DNA from: an uncultured Porphyromonadaceae bacterium
GTDB lineage: Bacteria > Bacteroidota > Bacteroidia > Bacteroidales > Muribaculaceae
Assembly: GCA_947178165.1 (NCBI GenBank)
Contig: CAMWXH010000001.1
Location: 44,266 to 108,265 of the forward strand
Length of the DNA stretch: 64,000 nucleotides
Direction: 5' to 3'
This document shows positions 9,050 through 18,287 of the stretch, piece by piece (position 1 is the stretch's first letter; each line of letters starts with the position of its first letter). Both the position numbers and the translations under genes were made by a program. Below the pieces are notes generated by a model. That model worked only from the letters and a program-made list of their open reading frames with translations. It searched no databases and was not told the DNA's origin.

Positions 9050-9754
9050 TCACTTGAGGAGATAGTCCATGACCTCCTGATGATATGTCGGGCCGATCGA
9101 TATTTCGTATGTGCCGATAAAGATGTCATTATTGTTGAACGAGGTGATTTTATCCCTGTTGGCGATATATGATTTGTTCACCCTTATGAATTTGGCCGGA
9201 GGCAGGAGTTCGTTGATTGTCTTGAGGGTGGCCCTGGCCCTGATCCGCTCATTCTCCAGATGAAATATCACAAGGTCCTTGCATCCCTCGATGAACCGTA
9301 TGTCATCAAGCTTGATCCTGACATATCGTCTGTCGGCTTTCACGGTTATGAAATCACGGTTGGCATTAGCCATATTCTTGAGATGAGCCATGGCTGATTT
9401 CTGGCACGCCATGTTGAGTGCCTTGTCAATCGCCCGGTTAAATTTATCGGGATCGATGGGCTTTACCAGATAATCTATTGCCTCTATGTCATAGCTCTCA
9501 ACGGCATATTCCGAAAAGGCGGTAGTAAAAACCACCATAACCTCAGAGGGTAATGAGTGCGCCAGCTCCATTCCCGACAACCCGTTCATGCGTATGTCGA
9601 GGAATGCAAGATCCACATCTTTTTCCCCTATTGCCTGCAGAGCAGTTTCCGCGCTGTCGAATGAACCGATGAGTTCAAGTTCGGGCCTTTGATTTATCAG
9701 GCGCGCCATCCCTTTGCGGGCAATGGGAATGTCGTCAACTATTATGCACTTCAT
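9050..9754 (-). CDS. LytTR-family response regulator
   Basis: N-terminal receiver domain (DLAFLDIRMNG) and a C-terminal LytTR-like domain. There is a 4-nt overlap with the upstream kinase gene. Confidence 0.85.
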   Translation of the reverse strand: MKCIIVDDIPIARKGMARLINQRPELELIGSFDSAETALQAIGEKDVDLAFLDIRMNGLSGMELAHSLPSEVMVVFTTAFSEYAVESYDIEAIDYLVKPIDPDKFNRAIDKALNMACQKSAMAHLKNMANANRDFITVKADRRYVRIKLDDIRFIEGCKDLVIFHLENERIRARATLKTINELLPPAKFIRVNKSYIANRDKITSFNNNDIFIGTYEISIGPTYHQEVMDYLLK

Positions 9755-11646
9755 TTAGAAAGAGGTATTTTTAAGGTTATTGTGAAAATATGACCACTTG
9801 CGGTGGCTGTCAGCTTGAAATTATCTCCATAAAGAAGTTCGAGTCTGCGGCGTGTATTGGTGATTCCCAGTCCGCTTGATTTAAGATTCCCGAGAGGCGA
9901 AGTCTTGTTTGCCGGCAGATATGGGTTCCGGCATAGAAATGAAAGATCGCCTCCCTCTTTTCCGAATTTTATTTCAATGAACCGATTTTCAACTACAGAG
10001 CCGGAGTGTTTCACGGCATTCTCAACAAATGGAACGAGAAGCAGCGGCGGCATGTGGAGCGAAAGCATAGACGCCGGACAGCTCATTTCAACGGCCAGCA
10101 ACTTGCCGGAGGACTTTTCCATAGTAAGGTAGTTTTCGATGAATGCTATCTCCTCACGGATTGTTGTAGAGCCCCGGGCGCTGTCGGCAAGGATATAATC
10201 TAAAAATCCTTCAAGAGATTTCAATGTGACGACAGCCTCCGCAGGATCTTCATAACTGAGGATGCCGACATTATTGAGCAAGTTGAAAAGGGTGTGAGGG
10301 TTGATCTGTTGCTGCAAGTTCTCAAACTCTAATTCCACTCTTTCCGCTTCAAGGCGCCCCAGACGCCATTTGCCGAGTATATTCCTTTTAAGGAGAACTG
10401 CTGAAGAGGTGCCGGCAAGAAGGAGAAGGAAGGTGAGGAGATTCCCTGCAATTGCGAATGGAACGATGAACCAAGGGATCTCTAACCCATAAGGGTTCAC
10501 GAGGTCGCCGTGAGTGAAGGTGAGTATGTTGAGAAGAATAAACACACCGAATAAAATTCCGGCCAACAGAAATGCGTATAGGCGTTGTCGTTCGTTCTTT
10601 AAGAAAAGAGGAAATATGAGGTATAGATTTGCGTATATCAGGCTACTGATGATTACCACAAATGTCAGGGCGTATCCTATATGGTATGAGTCGAAGATCG
10701 GTTGGTCGGGGAAATCGTAAGTAAGCCCGAAGCAGATAGTGACCACTGCCAGAAGAAGCAGGAGATGTCTTTTTATGCGATATCTCTTCCGGCTTATAAA
10801 ATCTGCCGACCATGGTGAATCGGACACCAATTGTTTTTTGTCGGGCAAGGGAGACTGATGACTCGCCTTGGGTTGCGGAACATCATAGAGGTTATGCCTT
10901 AAAAAGTCGGACAGTCTCCTTATCTGCCGGTTTGCTTTTTCAGGATCATCGTTTATTGTGTTGATAACTTCATTGAGTCGCCTTTTAATTTCAGGCATCT
11001 TTATTCGGTTGCGGAATAGTTTTGCCTTCTCTTCAATCTCTTTCTTATAGGCTCGTTCGTAAGCGTTCTGCTTTCGGTTATTTTCATAGAAGTGCCATAG
11101 AAGAAATCCACCGAATGTCAGAAGAAAAAGCATGCTCGATGAAATTGCATAAATAAATATCCAGAGACTTCCGGGGCGTTGTATGACTTGCGGAAGGCCC
11201 TGGATGTCCCGGAAGAAATATTCAACGTAAAATACGGATAGGTCTGTTAGATACGCCACCAGCCAGGCGCAAATGGCAAACGAAACGTATCTACCTTTTT
11301 TAAGGAAGCGGGAATAGAACACCCTGGTGCAGAGATATAAGCCAGCGTAAAGCATCAGGGCATTGGGGATCATCAGCAATATGATGGAATAGCCAATCTC
11401 TCGCGGAGCAGTTATATAGGCCATGCACACCGGACCCGAAGAGATGACTAATCCATAGATTGTAAGAAAAAGATATTTCAGATATTTTGACTTCAAACCT
11501 GTGGAAACTGTTGCATTTACTAAAACGCGTAACCGGATGAAGTTATTTCCTTCATCCGGCCAATTGCTGTCATTGCTTTTAACTTTGCCTTTGTCCTCTT
11601 TCTGGTGCTCTCGGCAGGGAGAATGAGGGAGACCCTCATTTCCCAA
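9751..11646 (-). CDS. LytS/His_kinase-type sensor histidine kinase with a duplicated membrane module
   Basis: H-box QINPHTLFNLLN, N-box VENAVKH and G-box GLGITN are present. Two multi-TM blocks are visible. The N-terminal roughly 50 aa may not be translated, so the start is uncertain. Confidence 0.8.
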   Translation of the reverse strand: MGNEGLPHSPCREHQKEDKGKVKSNDSNWPDEGNNFIRLRVLVNATVSTGLKSKYLKYLFLTIYGLVISSGPVCMAYITAPREIGYSIILLMIPNALMLYAGLYLCTRVFYSRFLKKGRYVSFAICAWLVAYLTDLSVFYVEYFFRDIQGLPQVIQRPGSLWIFIYAISSSMLFLLTFGGFLLWHFYENNRKQNAYERAYKKEIEEKAKLFRNRIKMPEIKRRLNEVINTINDDPEKANRQIRRLSDFLRHNLYDVPQPKASHQSPLPDKKQLVSDSPWSADFISRKRYRIKRHLLLLLAVVTICFGLTYDFPDQPIFDSYHIGYALTFVVIISSLIYANLYLIFPLFLKNERQRLYAFLLAGILFGVFILLNILTFTHGDLVNPYGLEIPWFIVPFAIAGNLLTFLLLLAGTSSAVLLKRNILGKWRLGRLEAERVELEFENLQQQINPHTLFNLLNNVGILSYEDPAEAVVTLKSLEGFLDYILADSARGSTTIREEIAFIENYLTMEKSSGKLLAVEMSCPASMLSLHMPPLLLVPFVENAVKHSGSVVENRFIEIKFGKEGGDLSFLCRNPYLPANKTSPLGNLKSSGLGITNTRRRLELLYGDNFKLTATASGHIFTITLKIPLSK

Positions 11647-12421
11647 CTATTTCTGCCAGCTCCTTGGCAGTGAATGCCACGACTACATTCTTTCCTGAAG
11701 TCTTGCCGACGTAGTCATATTCAAAGCCCTTGTTGAGAGAGGAAAGAACTTCAGCCTGCTGACGCATCGAACGGTCTTTCATCATCTTGCGCATATTCTC
11801 TTTCAGTTCCTCCTTTGAGTTTCCCATTTCATCTATATCGTAAAGCTCTTCATCGACTTCGCATTTATATACGAGTGAGGCCCCGGTGTCTTCAATGCCA
11901 ACCACATTTAGGCCTCTGTCGATCTTATAAGGGAGACGTCTCTTCTCACTGTTAAGCTGATTCTGTAGCAGAAGCTTGTTGGTTTCCTCTTCCGACATCG
12001 GATTAGCAAGTATCTCCTTGAGTTCCGGGGCAGAGAAATTCATTGTGAATCCATCTTTGCTTCCACGGTTTTTATAGGTTATATTCAGGGAAGCTTCTGC
12101 ATCGACCATCATTTCAAGGAGTTTTTTCATATTCCCCTTCTGGAGTGCAAGGCGCATGGCCTGTCGTGCGGTTTCAGGATCTTGCTGCAAGTCCTTTACA
12201 TCGGAAATCTGCTTATTAAGCGTAATCACGAATTTGACTTCACGATTGCTTTCATCGTATGACATGCTTGTCAGTTTCCCGGCCATCCCCAGACTCATGG
12301 GGCAATGTTTTTTTCCGGATTCAATCTGGGCCTTAAGCAGTTTGTCGTTTCCTCCGCATCCTGCCATAGCCACACACATAACCAACAGCAGAAGCATATT
12401 AAGACATTTTTTCATAATCAA
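11636..12421 (-). CDS. Lipoprotein of unknown function, first gene of the two-component operon
   Basis: Signal peptide with lipobox VAMAGC. 261 aa. Overlaps the kinase ORF by 11 nt. Confidence 0.7.
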   Translation of the reverse strand: MIMKKCLNMLLLLVMCVAMAGCGGNDKLLKAQIESGKKHCPMSLGMAGKLTSMSYDESNREVKFVITLNKQISDVKDLQQDPETARQAMRLALQKGNMKKLLEMMVDAEASLNITYKNRGSKDGFTMNFSAPELKEILANPMSEEETNKLLLQNQLNSEKRRLPYKIDRGLNVVGIEDTGASLVYKCEVDEELYDIDEMGNSKEELKENMRKMMKDRSMRQQAEVLSSLNKGFEYDYVGKTSGKNVVVAFTAKELAEIVGK

Positions 12422-12537
12422 AAGGATTAATTCATTAGTAAATTTTTGATAAAGTTAATCAATCCCTAAATAAACCGGCGAAATTTGCGACAAACCATGG
12501 AAAAATAATGACAAAACCGGTTTTATCGTCAACTTCC

Positions 12538-13482
12538 TTATAAATTCATTATTTCATCAAGAGTCAATCCTGTGACTGAGCTTATTACTTCCGGTTCGAT
12601 TCCCTGCTGTTTCATTGAGATGGCTACATTTATCAAGGTTTCAGCTCGGCCTTCAGCCCGTCCTTCAGCTCGGCCTTCCGCCCGTCCTTCCGCCCGTCCT
12701 TCCGCCCGGCCTTCTGCCAAGCCTTCTGCCAAACCTTCCGCGCGACCTTCGTCTCGGGCGGTATCAAGTACGTCATTTTGAACCATTATGGCATCGATGT
12801 GCTCGTCGTATGCCCTGCGCTCCTTGGGTGTCATGGCAAGCACACGAAGCTTCTCCCTGACTTGTTGCAACCCGGGAGTGCGGGTGTCTTCCTTGATCTT
12901 GCCCGTCTTGAGATAGGTGAGCCATTCATCAAGCGGATTTTCCGGTATCTTGTCGTAGGCGTTGACCCGGATTAGATAATATTCAGGAAACACTTCCCTG
13001 GGCAGGTGAGGAACTATGACCCCCTCCTCTTTAGTATTAACCAGCAGGTCGTTGCCTGTATGAATACCCTTGAAGATTGTCTGGCCGTGATATACGTAAT
13101 CATCTCCCTGACCGTAGTCGCAATAGAGAATGCTGATCGAATAGACTTTCTTCACCTGGTCATATTTCTCTCCAATATTGATGTGTTCGGTGATTGCCTT
13201 GCACGCGCCGAAAAGGATGCGCTCCAGATAATAGAGCTGACGCGTGAGCTGAACCTCCACTATGATTATATGTCCCTTGCTGTTTTTGGCTTTGATATCG
13301 ACACGATTGAATTTGTCGCGGTCGTTTTCCTGATTCGACTCGCTTTCAAGAAGCTCCTCTATCTTCACATCCTCTCCTAACAAAACAGAGATGAGCCCTT
13401 CGAGAATATCAAAATTTGCCTTATCCCGAAGAATATGCTTTATCGCCCAGTCGAACCGTATATACAGATTGTCATCCCCCAT
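12538..13482 (-). CDS. Rpn-family (YhgA-like, PDDEXK_2) recombination-promoting nuclease-like protein
   Basis: PD-(D/E)XK-like core (RVDIKAK...IVEVQ) followed by a C-terminal (AEGR)n tract and a small C-terminal domain. Confidence 0.7.
   Translation of the reverse strand: MGDDNLYIRFDWAIKHILRDKANFDILEGLISVLLGEDVKIEELLESESNQENDRDKFNRVDIKAKNSKGHIIIVEVQLTRQLYYLERILFGACKAITEHINIGEKYDQVKKVYSISILYCDYGQGDDYVYHGQTIFKGIHTGNDLLVNTKEEGVIVPHLPREVFPEYYLIRVNAYDKIPENPLDEWLTYLKTGKIKEDTRTPGLQQVREKLRVLAMTPKERRAYDEHIDAIMVQNDVLDTARDEGRAEGLAEGLAEGRAEGRAEGRAEGRAEGRAEGRAETLINVAISMKQQGIEPEVISSVTGLTLDEIMNL
12645..12755. repeat. In-frame 12-bp coding microsatellite of about 9 units, encoding (AEGR)n
   Basis: Read directly as cggccttcagcc cgtccttcagct cggccttccgcc cgtccttccgcc and so on. 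Confidence 0.9.
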
Positions 13483-13681
13483 AAGAAACTTTTTATTAAT
13501 GTTGTCATTTAGGTTCTTGCAAATTTAATGATATTTCATCAAGCTAACAAATTATTAAATAAACTTTGAAAAAAATTTTGAGTTATTATAGATTCTCGGT
13601 AATCAGCTCAAAGATAGTTACATATTGGAAAAAATAATTTGGGGACATAGAGAAAAATTTGCGTATGAGCGAGAATATGAG

Positions 13682-13689
13682 TAACTTTG
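13682..13689 (+). promoter_or_regulatory. -7 promoter box TAacTTTG for carAB
   Basis: taactttg lies 21 nt upstream of the ATG at 13710. Confidence 0.55.
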
Positions 13690-13709
13690 CATCCCGAAAA
13701 TATTATAAG

Positions 13710-14786
13710 ATGCAGAAATCAAAAAAAGCGTTCCTCACTCTCGAGGATGGCACTGTTTTTGAAGGCCGTTCTTTCGGCTTCGAAAAACCCTGTGCCGGCG
13801 AGGTGGTGTTCAACACCGCCATGACCGGTTACCCGGAAAGCCTTACCGATCCCTCATACGAAGGACAGATTCTTGTGACAACTTATCCTATTCTCGGAAA
13901 TTATGGCGTTCCGTCGGCTGAAACAAAGACCGAGGCCAACGTGAGCGATTATTTCGAGTCGTCGCGTATCCATTGCGAGGCTATAATATGTCAGGATTAT
14001 AGCTGGACGCCATCCCATTGGCAAGCCACCCGTTCACTTTCCGATTGGCTAAAGGCCGAGAAAATCCCCGGAATATATGGCATTGACACGCGTGCCCTCA
14101 CAAAACTTCTCAGAGAGAAGGGCTCAATGTTAGGAAAAATCACTTTCGAGGATGGCGAAGATATAGAATTTCGCGACCCTAATAAAGAGAACCTGATTGA
14201 TCGTGTTTCAACCAAGGAGGTGGTGGAGTTCGGAGAAGGTGAGAAGAGAGTTGTGCTTGTGGATTGCGGCACTAAGTATAACATTATTCGATGCCTCACG
14301 CGCCGTGGCGTTCGTGTCACCCTTGTGCCTTGGGATTATGATTTCACCACAATTCCATATGACGGGCTTTTCATTAGCAACGGTCCCGGCTCACCGGAGT
14401 TTGCTGAAAAGACAGTGGAGAATATACGCAAAGCTTTCGAAATCGGCAAGCCCATCTGCGGAATATGCATGGGAAACCAGCTTCTCAGCAAGGCCGCCGG
14501 CGCAAAGGTGTATAAGCTAAAGTATGGACATCGAAGCCATAACCAACCCGTGAGACTTGCCGGAACAGAACGGTGCTACATCACATCGCAGAACCATGGC
14601 TTCGCCGTTGATAATGAAACCATCCCCTCCGATTGGGAACCACATTTCATCAATATGAACGACGGCACGAATGAGGGGATACGCCATAAGTCTAAGCCCT
14701 TCTTCTCCGCTCAGTTTCATCCCGAGGCGTCAAGCGGCCCGAAGGATACAGAATTCATTTTCGATGAGTTTATAAATTTGCTATGA
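13710..14786 (+). CDS. carA: Carbamoyl-phosphate synthase small (glutaminase) subunit
   Basis: GATase catalytic motif CGICMGNQ and a C-terminal FHPE. I trimmed the start from 13659 to 13710 (MQKSKKAFLTLEDG) because the promoter box lies inside the longer ORF. Confidence 0.9.
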   Translation: MQKSKKAFLTLEDGTVFEGRSFGFEKPCAGEVVFNTAMTGYPESLTDPSYEGQILVTTYPILGNYGVPSAETKTEANVSDYFESSRIHCEAIICQDYSWTPSHWQATRSLSDWLKAEKIPGIYGIDTRALTKLLREKGSMLGKITFEDGEDIEFRDPNKENLIDRVSTKEVVEFGEGEKRVVLVDCGTKYNIIRCLTRRGVRVTLVPWDYDFTTIPYDGLFISNGPGSPEFAEKTVENIRKAFEIGKPICGICMGNQLLSKAAGAKVYKLKYGHRSHNQPVRLAGTERCYITSQNHGFAVDNETIPSDWEPHFINMNDGTNEGIRHKSKPFFSAQFHPEASSGPKDTEFIFDEFINLL

Positions 14787-14886
14787 TTCATAAGGCTCTG
14801 GAGCTTTCCTTGCTCCCGGGCCTGTTTTTTATCCTGAGTCCTCATATAAATACGCTCAGGTAAACCATAGAGAAAACAGGTAAATT

Positions 14887-17800
14887 ATGAAAGATATAAA
14901 GAAAGTTCTTTTTTTAGGCTCCGGGGCGCTTAAGATTGGTGAGGCCGGAGAATTTGACTATTCCGGATCACAAGCCCTGAAGGCAATGAAGGAGGAGAAT
15001 ATCGAGACTGTGCTCATCAATCCCAACATCGCCACGGTGCAGACCTCCGAGGGTTTTGCCGATAAGATATATTTCCTGCCTGTCACTCCCTATTTTGTGG
15101 AGAAGGTGATAGAGAAGGAACGTCCTGATGGCATCTTCCTTGCTTTCGGAGGGCAGACAGCGCTCAACTGCGGCGTAAAGCTCTATGAGAAAGGAATCCT
15201 GGAGAAGCACGGAGTGCGTGTTCTGGGAACTCCCGTGCGCGCCATTATGGATACTGAAGACCGTGAGCTTTTTGTTAAGAAACTCGACGAGATTGATGTG
15301 AAGACTATCAAGAGCGAGGCTGTTAGTTCGGTTGAGGACGCTATTGTTGCCGCCGACCGTCTGGGCTATCCGGTGATTGTCCGTGCCGCTTACGCTCTCG
15401 GAGGCCTCGGATCCGGTTTCTGCGATAATCGCGAGGAGCTGATAAAGCTTGTGGAACAGGCTCTCTCCTTCTCCCCTCAGGTATTGGTTGAGAAATCACT
15501 TAAAGGATGGAAAGAGGTGGAATATGAGGTGGTGCGTGACAGGTTCGACAACTGCATTACTGTCTGCAATATGGAGAATTTTGACCCGCTCGGCATCCAT
15601 ACAGGCGAGAGTATCGTGGTGGCTCCTTCCCAGACTCTTTCAAATGAAGATTACCACATGCTTCGCAAGCTTGCAATCAAGATAATCCGGCATATCGGAA
15701 TAGTAGGGGAATGCAATGTCCAGTATGCCTTCGATCCCAAGTCGATGGATTACCGTGTCATAGAGGTAAATGCGCGTCTGTCGCGCTCTTCGGCCCTCGC
15801 ATCCAAGGCAACGGGCTATCCATTGGCTTTCGTGGCTGCAAAGCTTGGCCTCGGATATGGACTCTTCGACCTCAAGAACAATGTAACCAAATCGACCTCA
15901 GCCTTCTTTGAGCCGGCTCTCGACTATATAGTGTGCAAGATTCCGCGTTGGGATTTGGGCAAATTCCGTGGTGTGCGCCGTGAAATCGGATCATCGATGA
16001 AATCGGTGGGAGAGGTTATGTCGATCGGGCGCACATTTGAGGAGGTGATCCAGAAGGGACTGCGAATGATAGGGCAGGGGATGCACGGCTTCGTGGAGAA
16101 TAAACTGCCTGAGATCACCGACATAGACAAAGCCTTGAAGGAGCCAACCGACAAGCGTATCTTCGTCATAGAGCAGGCATTCCGCAAGGGTTACACCGTG
16201 GAACGCATACATGAACTCACAAAGATTGACAAATGGTTCCTTCAGAAACTTCAGCTCATACACGACACTTCTCGCGAATTGGAAACATATAATGAAGTTG
16301 ATGAACTTCCCGATGAGCTTATGCTTCTCGCCAAGCAACAGGGCTTCAGCGATTTCCAGATTGGACGCGCACTTTATGGCGATGAAATGAAGGAGGATGC
16401 GGAACATCTTGCCGACCGCATACGCACCAACCGCCTTTCACGTGGCATACGCCCGGTGGTGAAGCAGATTGATACACTTGCCGCTGAATATCCTGCACAG
16501 ACCAATTATCTATACCTCACATACAACGGCTCTCAGAACGATGTAGATTATCTCGGCGACCATCGTTCTGTTGTGGTGCTCGGTTCGGGTGCCTATCGCA
16601 TCGGATCTTCCGTGGAGTTCGACTGGTGTGGCGTAAATGCCCTTATGACAGTGGCAGAGCAGGGTTATCGTCCGGTGATGATAAACTATAATCCGGAGAC
16701 TGTCTCCACCGACTACGATATGTGCGAACGCCTCTATTTCGATGAGCTGACGTTTGAGCGCGTGATGGATATCCTTGAATTGGAGTTGCCTCACGGCGTG
16801 ATCCTTTCTACCGGCGGACAGATCCCCAATAACCTTGCCGTGCGTCTCGATTCGAATGGAGTGCGCATTCTTGGCACGCAGGCTGTGGATATCGACAGTG
16901 CTGAAGACCGTAACAAGTTCTCCTCTCTTTGCGATTCCCTCGGTATCGACCAGCCACGCTGGCGGGAGCTGACATCGATGGAGGATATTGATGAGTTTGT
17001 GGCTGAAGTTGGTTTCCCGGTTCTTGTGCGTCCTTCTTACGTCCTTTCAGGCGCGGCCATGAATGTATGCTCCAATGAGGATGAACTGACACGTTTCCTT
17101 AAGCTTGCCGCTAATGTTTCAAAGAAGCATCCAGTGGTGGTGTCTGAATTCATTCAGCAGGCCAAGGAGATAGAGATGGATGCTGTGGCGCAGGATGGGG
17201 AGATAAAGCTTTATGCCATTTCCGAGCATATAGAATTTGCCGGGGTGCATTCCGGCGATGCTACCATACAGTTCCCGCCCCAGAAACTCTACATAGAGAC
17301 CATCCGGCGCATAAAGAAGGTTGCCAGCAAGATTGCCAAGGCGCTTCATATTTCTGGACCATTCAACATTCAGTTCCTTGCCAAAGATAATGATGTGAAG
17401 GTGATTGAGTGTAACCTGCGTGCTTCGCGCTCATTCCCGTTCGTGTCAAAGGTATCGAAACAGAATTTCATCAACGCCGCTACACGTGTGATGCTCGGTC
17501 TGCCAGTTGACAAACCCGCAAAGTCTGCCTTCGAGCTTGACTATGTCGGAATCAAAGCCTCACAATTCTCCTTCTCCAGGCTTCAGGGTGCCGACCCGGT
17601 GCTGGGCGTGGATATGGCCTCTACAGGAGAGGTTGGATGCATCGGTGACGACACGGCCGAGGCAATACTCAAGTCGATGCTCTCCGTCGGATATAAGATT
17701 CCGAGAAAGGGGATATTGCTTTCATCAGGGAATGCTCACCAGAAGGTGGCCCTTTTGGAGGCGGCGCGAATGCTCCATAAGAAGGGTTATATCATATATG

Positions 17801-18108
17801 CCACTGAAGGGACACAACGCTTCTTGGCGGAGAATGCCATTCCGGCCATAACAGTATATTGGCCGAGCGATAATCGACGTCCACAGGCCTTGGAATTGCT
17901 CCATAACAAGGAAATCGATATGGTGGTCAATATACCAAAGAATCTTACCGCCACTGAAATCAGCAACGGTTACAAGATTCGCCGTGCTGCCGTTGACCTC
18001 AACATACCTCTGCTCACCAATTCCCGTCTTGCCTCGGCCTTCATTAAGGCCTTCTGCGAACTCTCGCTGGAGGATATAAAGATAAAGAGCTGGGACGAGT
18101 ATAAGTAA
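14887..18108 (+). CDS. carB: Carbamoyl-phosphate synthase large subunit
   Basis: 1,073 aa with two homologous ATP-grasp halves and a C-terminal MGS-like domain. The N-terminus is typical: KVLFLGSGALKIGEAGEFDYSGSQA. Confidence 0.95.
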   Translation: MKDIKKVLFLGSGALKIGEAGEFDYSGSQALKAMKEENIETVLINPNIATVQTSEGFADKIYFLPVTPYFVEKVIEKERPDGIFLAFGGQTALNCGVKLYEKGILEKHGVRVLGTPVRAIMDTEDRELFVKKLDEIDVKTIKSEAVSSVEDAIVAADRLGYPVIVRAAYALGGLGSGFCDNREELIKLVEQALSFSPQVLVEKSLKGWKEVEYEVVRDRFDNCITVCNMENFDPLGIHTGESIVVAPSQTLSNEDYHMLRKLAIKIIRHIGIVGECNVQYAFDPKSMDYRVIEVNARLSRSSALASKATGYPLAFVAAKLGLGYGLFDLKNNVTKSTSAFFEPALDYIVCKIPRWDLGKFRGVRREIGSSMKSVGEVMSIGRTFEEVIQKGLRMIGQGMHGFVENKLPEITDIDKALKEPTDKRIFVIEQAFRKGYTVERIHELTKIDKWFLQKLQLIHDTSRELETYNEVDELPDELMLLAKQQGFSDFQIGRALYGDEMKEDAEHLADRIRTNRLSRGIRPVVKQIDTLAAEYPAQTNYLYLTYNGSQNDVDYLGDHRSVVVLGSGAYRIGSSVEFDWCGVNALMTVAEQGYRPVMINYNPETVSTDYDMCERLYFDELTFERVMDILELELPHGVILSTGGQIPNNLAVRLDSNGVRILGTQAVDIDSAEDRNKFSSLCDSLGIDQPRWRELTSMEDIDEFVAEVGFPVLVRPSYVLSGAAMNVCSNEDELTRFLKLAANVSKKHPVVVSEFIQQAKEIEMDAVAQDGEIKLYAISEHIEFAGVHSGDATIQFPPQKLYIETIRRIKKVASKIAKALHISGPFNIQFLAKDNDVKVIECNLRASRSFPFVSKVSKQNFINAATRVMLGLPVDKPAKSAFELDYVGIKASQFSFSRLQGADPVLGVDMASTGEVGCIGDDTAEAILKSMLSVGYKIPRKGILLSSGNAHQKVALLEAARMLHKKGYIIYATEGTQRFLAENAIPAITVYWPSDNRRPQALELLHNKEIDMVVNIPKNLTATEISNGYKIRRAAVDLNIPLLTNSRLASAFIKAFCELSLEDIKIKSWDEYK

Positions 18109-18151
18109 GTCATGCGTTGTAAACAGTAAGCTGCAAGTTGCAAGCAGTAAT

Positions 18152-18217
18152 AAATTTTCGTCCACACTCGAAAAAACATAAACTATGTTAATTTTTTTCG
18201 AGTGTGGACGAAAATTT
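18152..18217. terminator. 25-bp perfect inverted repeat with a 16-nt loop after carB, acting as a bidirectional terminator-like hairpin
   Basis: aaattttcgtccacactcgaaaaaa (18152-18176) is the exact reverse complement of 18193-18217. T-runs flank both sides. A third partial copy, ttcgtctttggacgaaaaa, follows. Confidence 0.75.
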
Positions 18218-18259
18218 TTCATGAATAACTGAAAAATTCGTCTTTGGACGAAAAATCGT

Positions 18260-18267
18260 TATATTTG
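18260..18267 (+). promoter_or_regulatory. -7 promoter box TAtaTTTG for the ECF sigma gene
   Basis: Lies 21 nt upstream of the GTG start at 18288. Confidence 0.5.
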
Positions 18268-18287
18268 TAAAAAATATTTGAAGGAAA

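Noticed and set aside
12645-12755. Regular short repeats that could be mistaken for a CRISPR array (also the PN-linker repeats at 63071-63133)
   Set aside because: The units are only 12-18 bp with no spacers and lie in frame within coding sequence (AEGR and PN repeats). No cas genes are present.
12538-13482. Calling the Rpn-like genes mobile elements or transposases
   Set aside because: There are no terminal inverted repeats, target duplications or DDE/recombinase motifs. The 'putative transposase' label of this family is historical.
17725-18222. A 165-aa minus-strand ORF starting in the carB terminator hairpin
   Set aside because: It begins inside the 25-bp palindrome, runs antisense into carB, and has no motifs.
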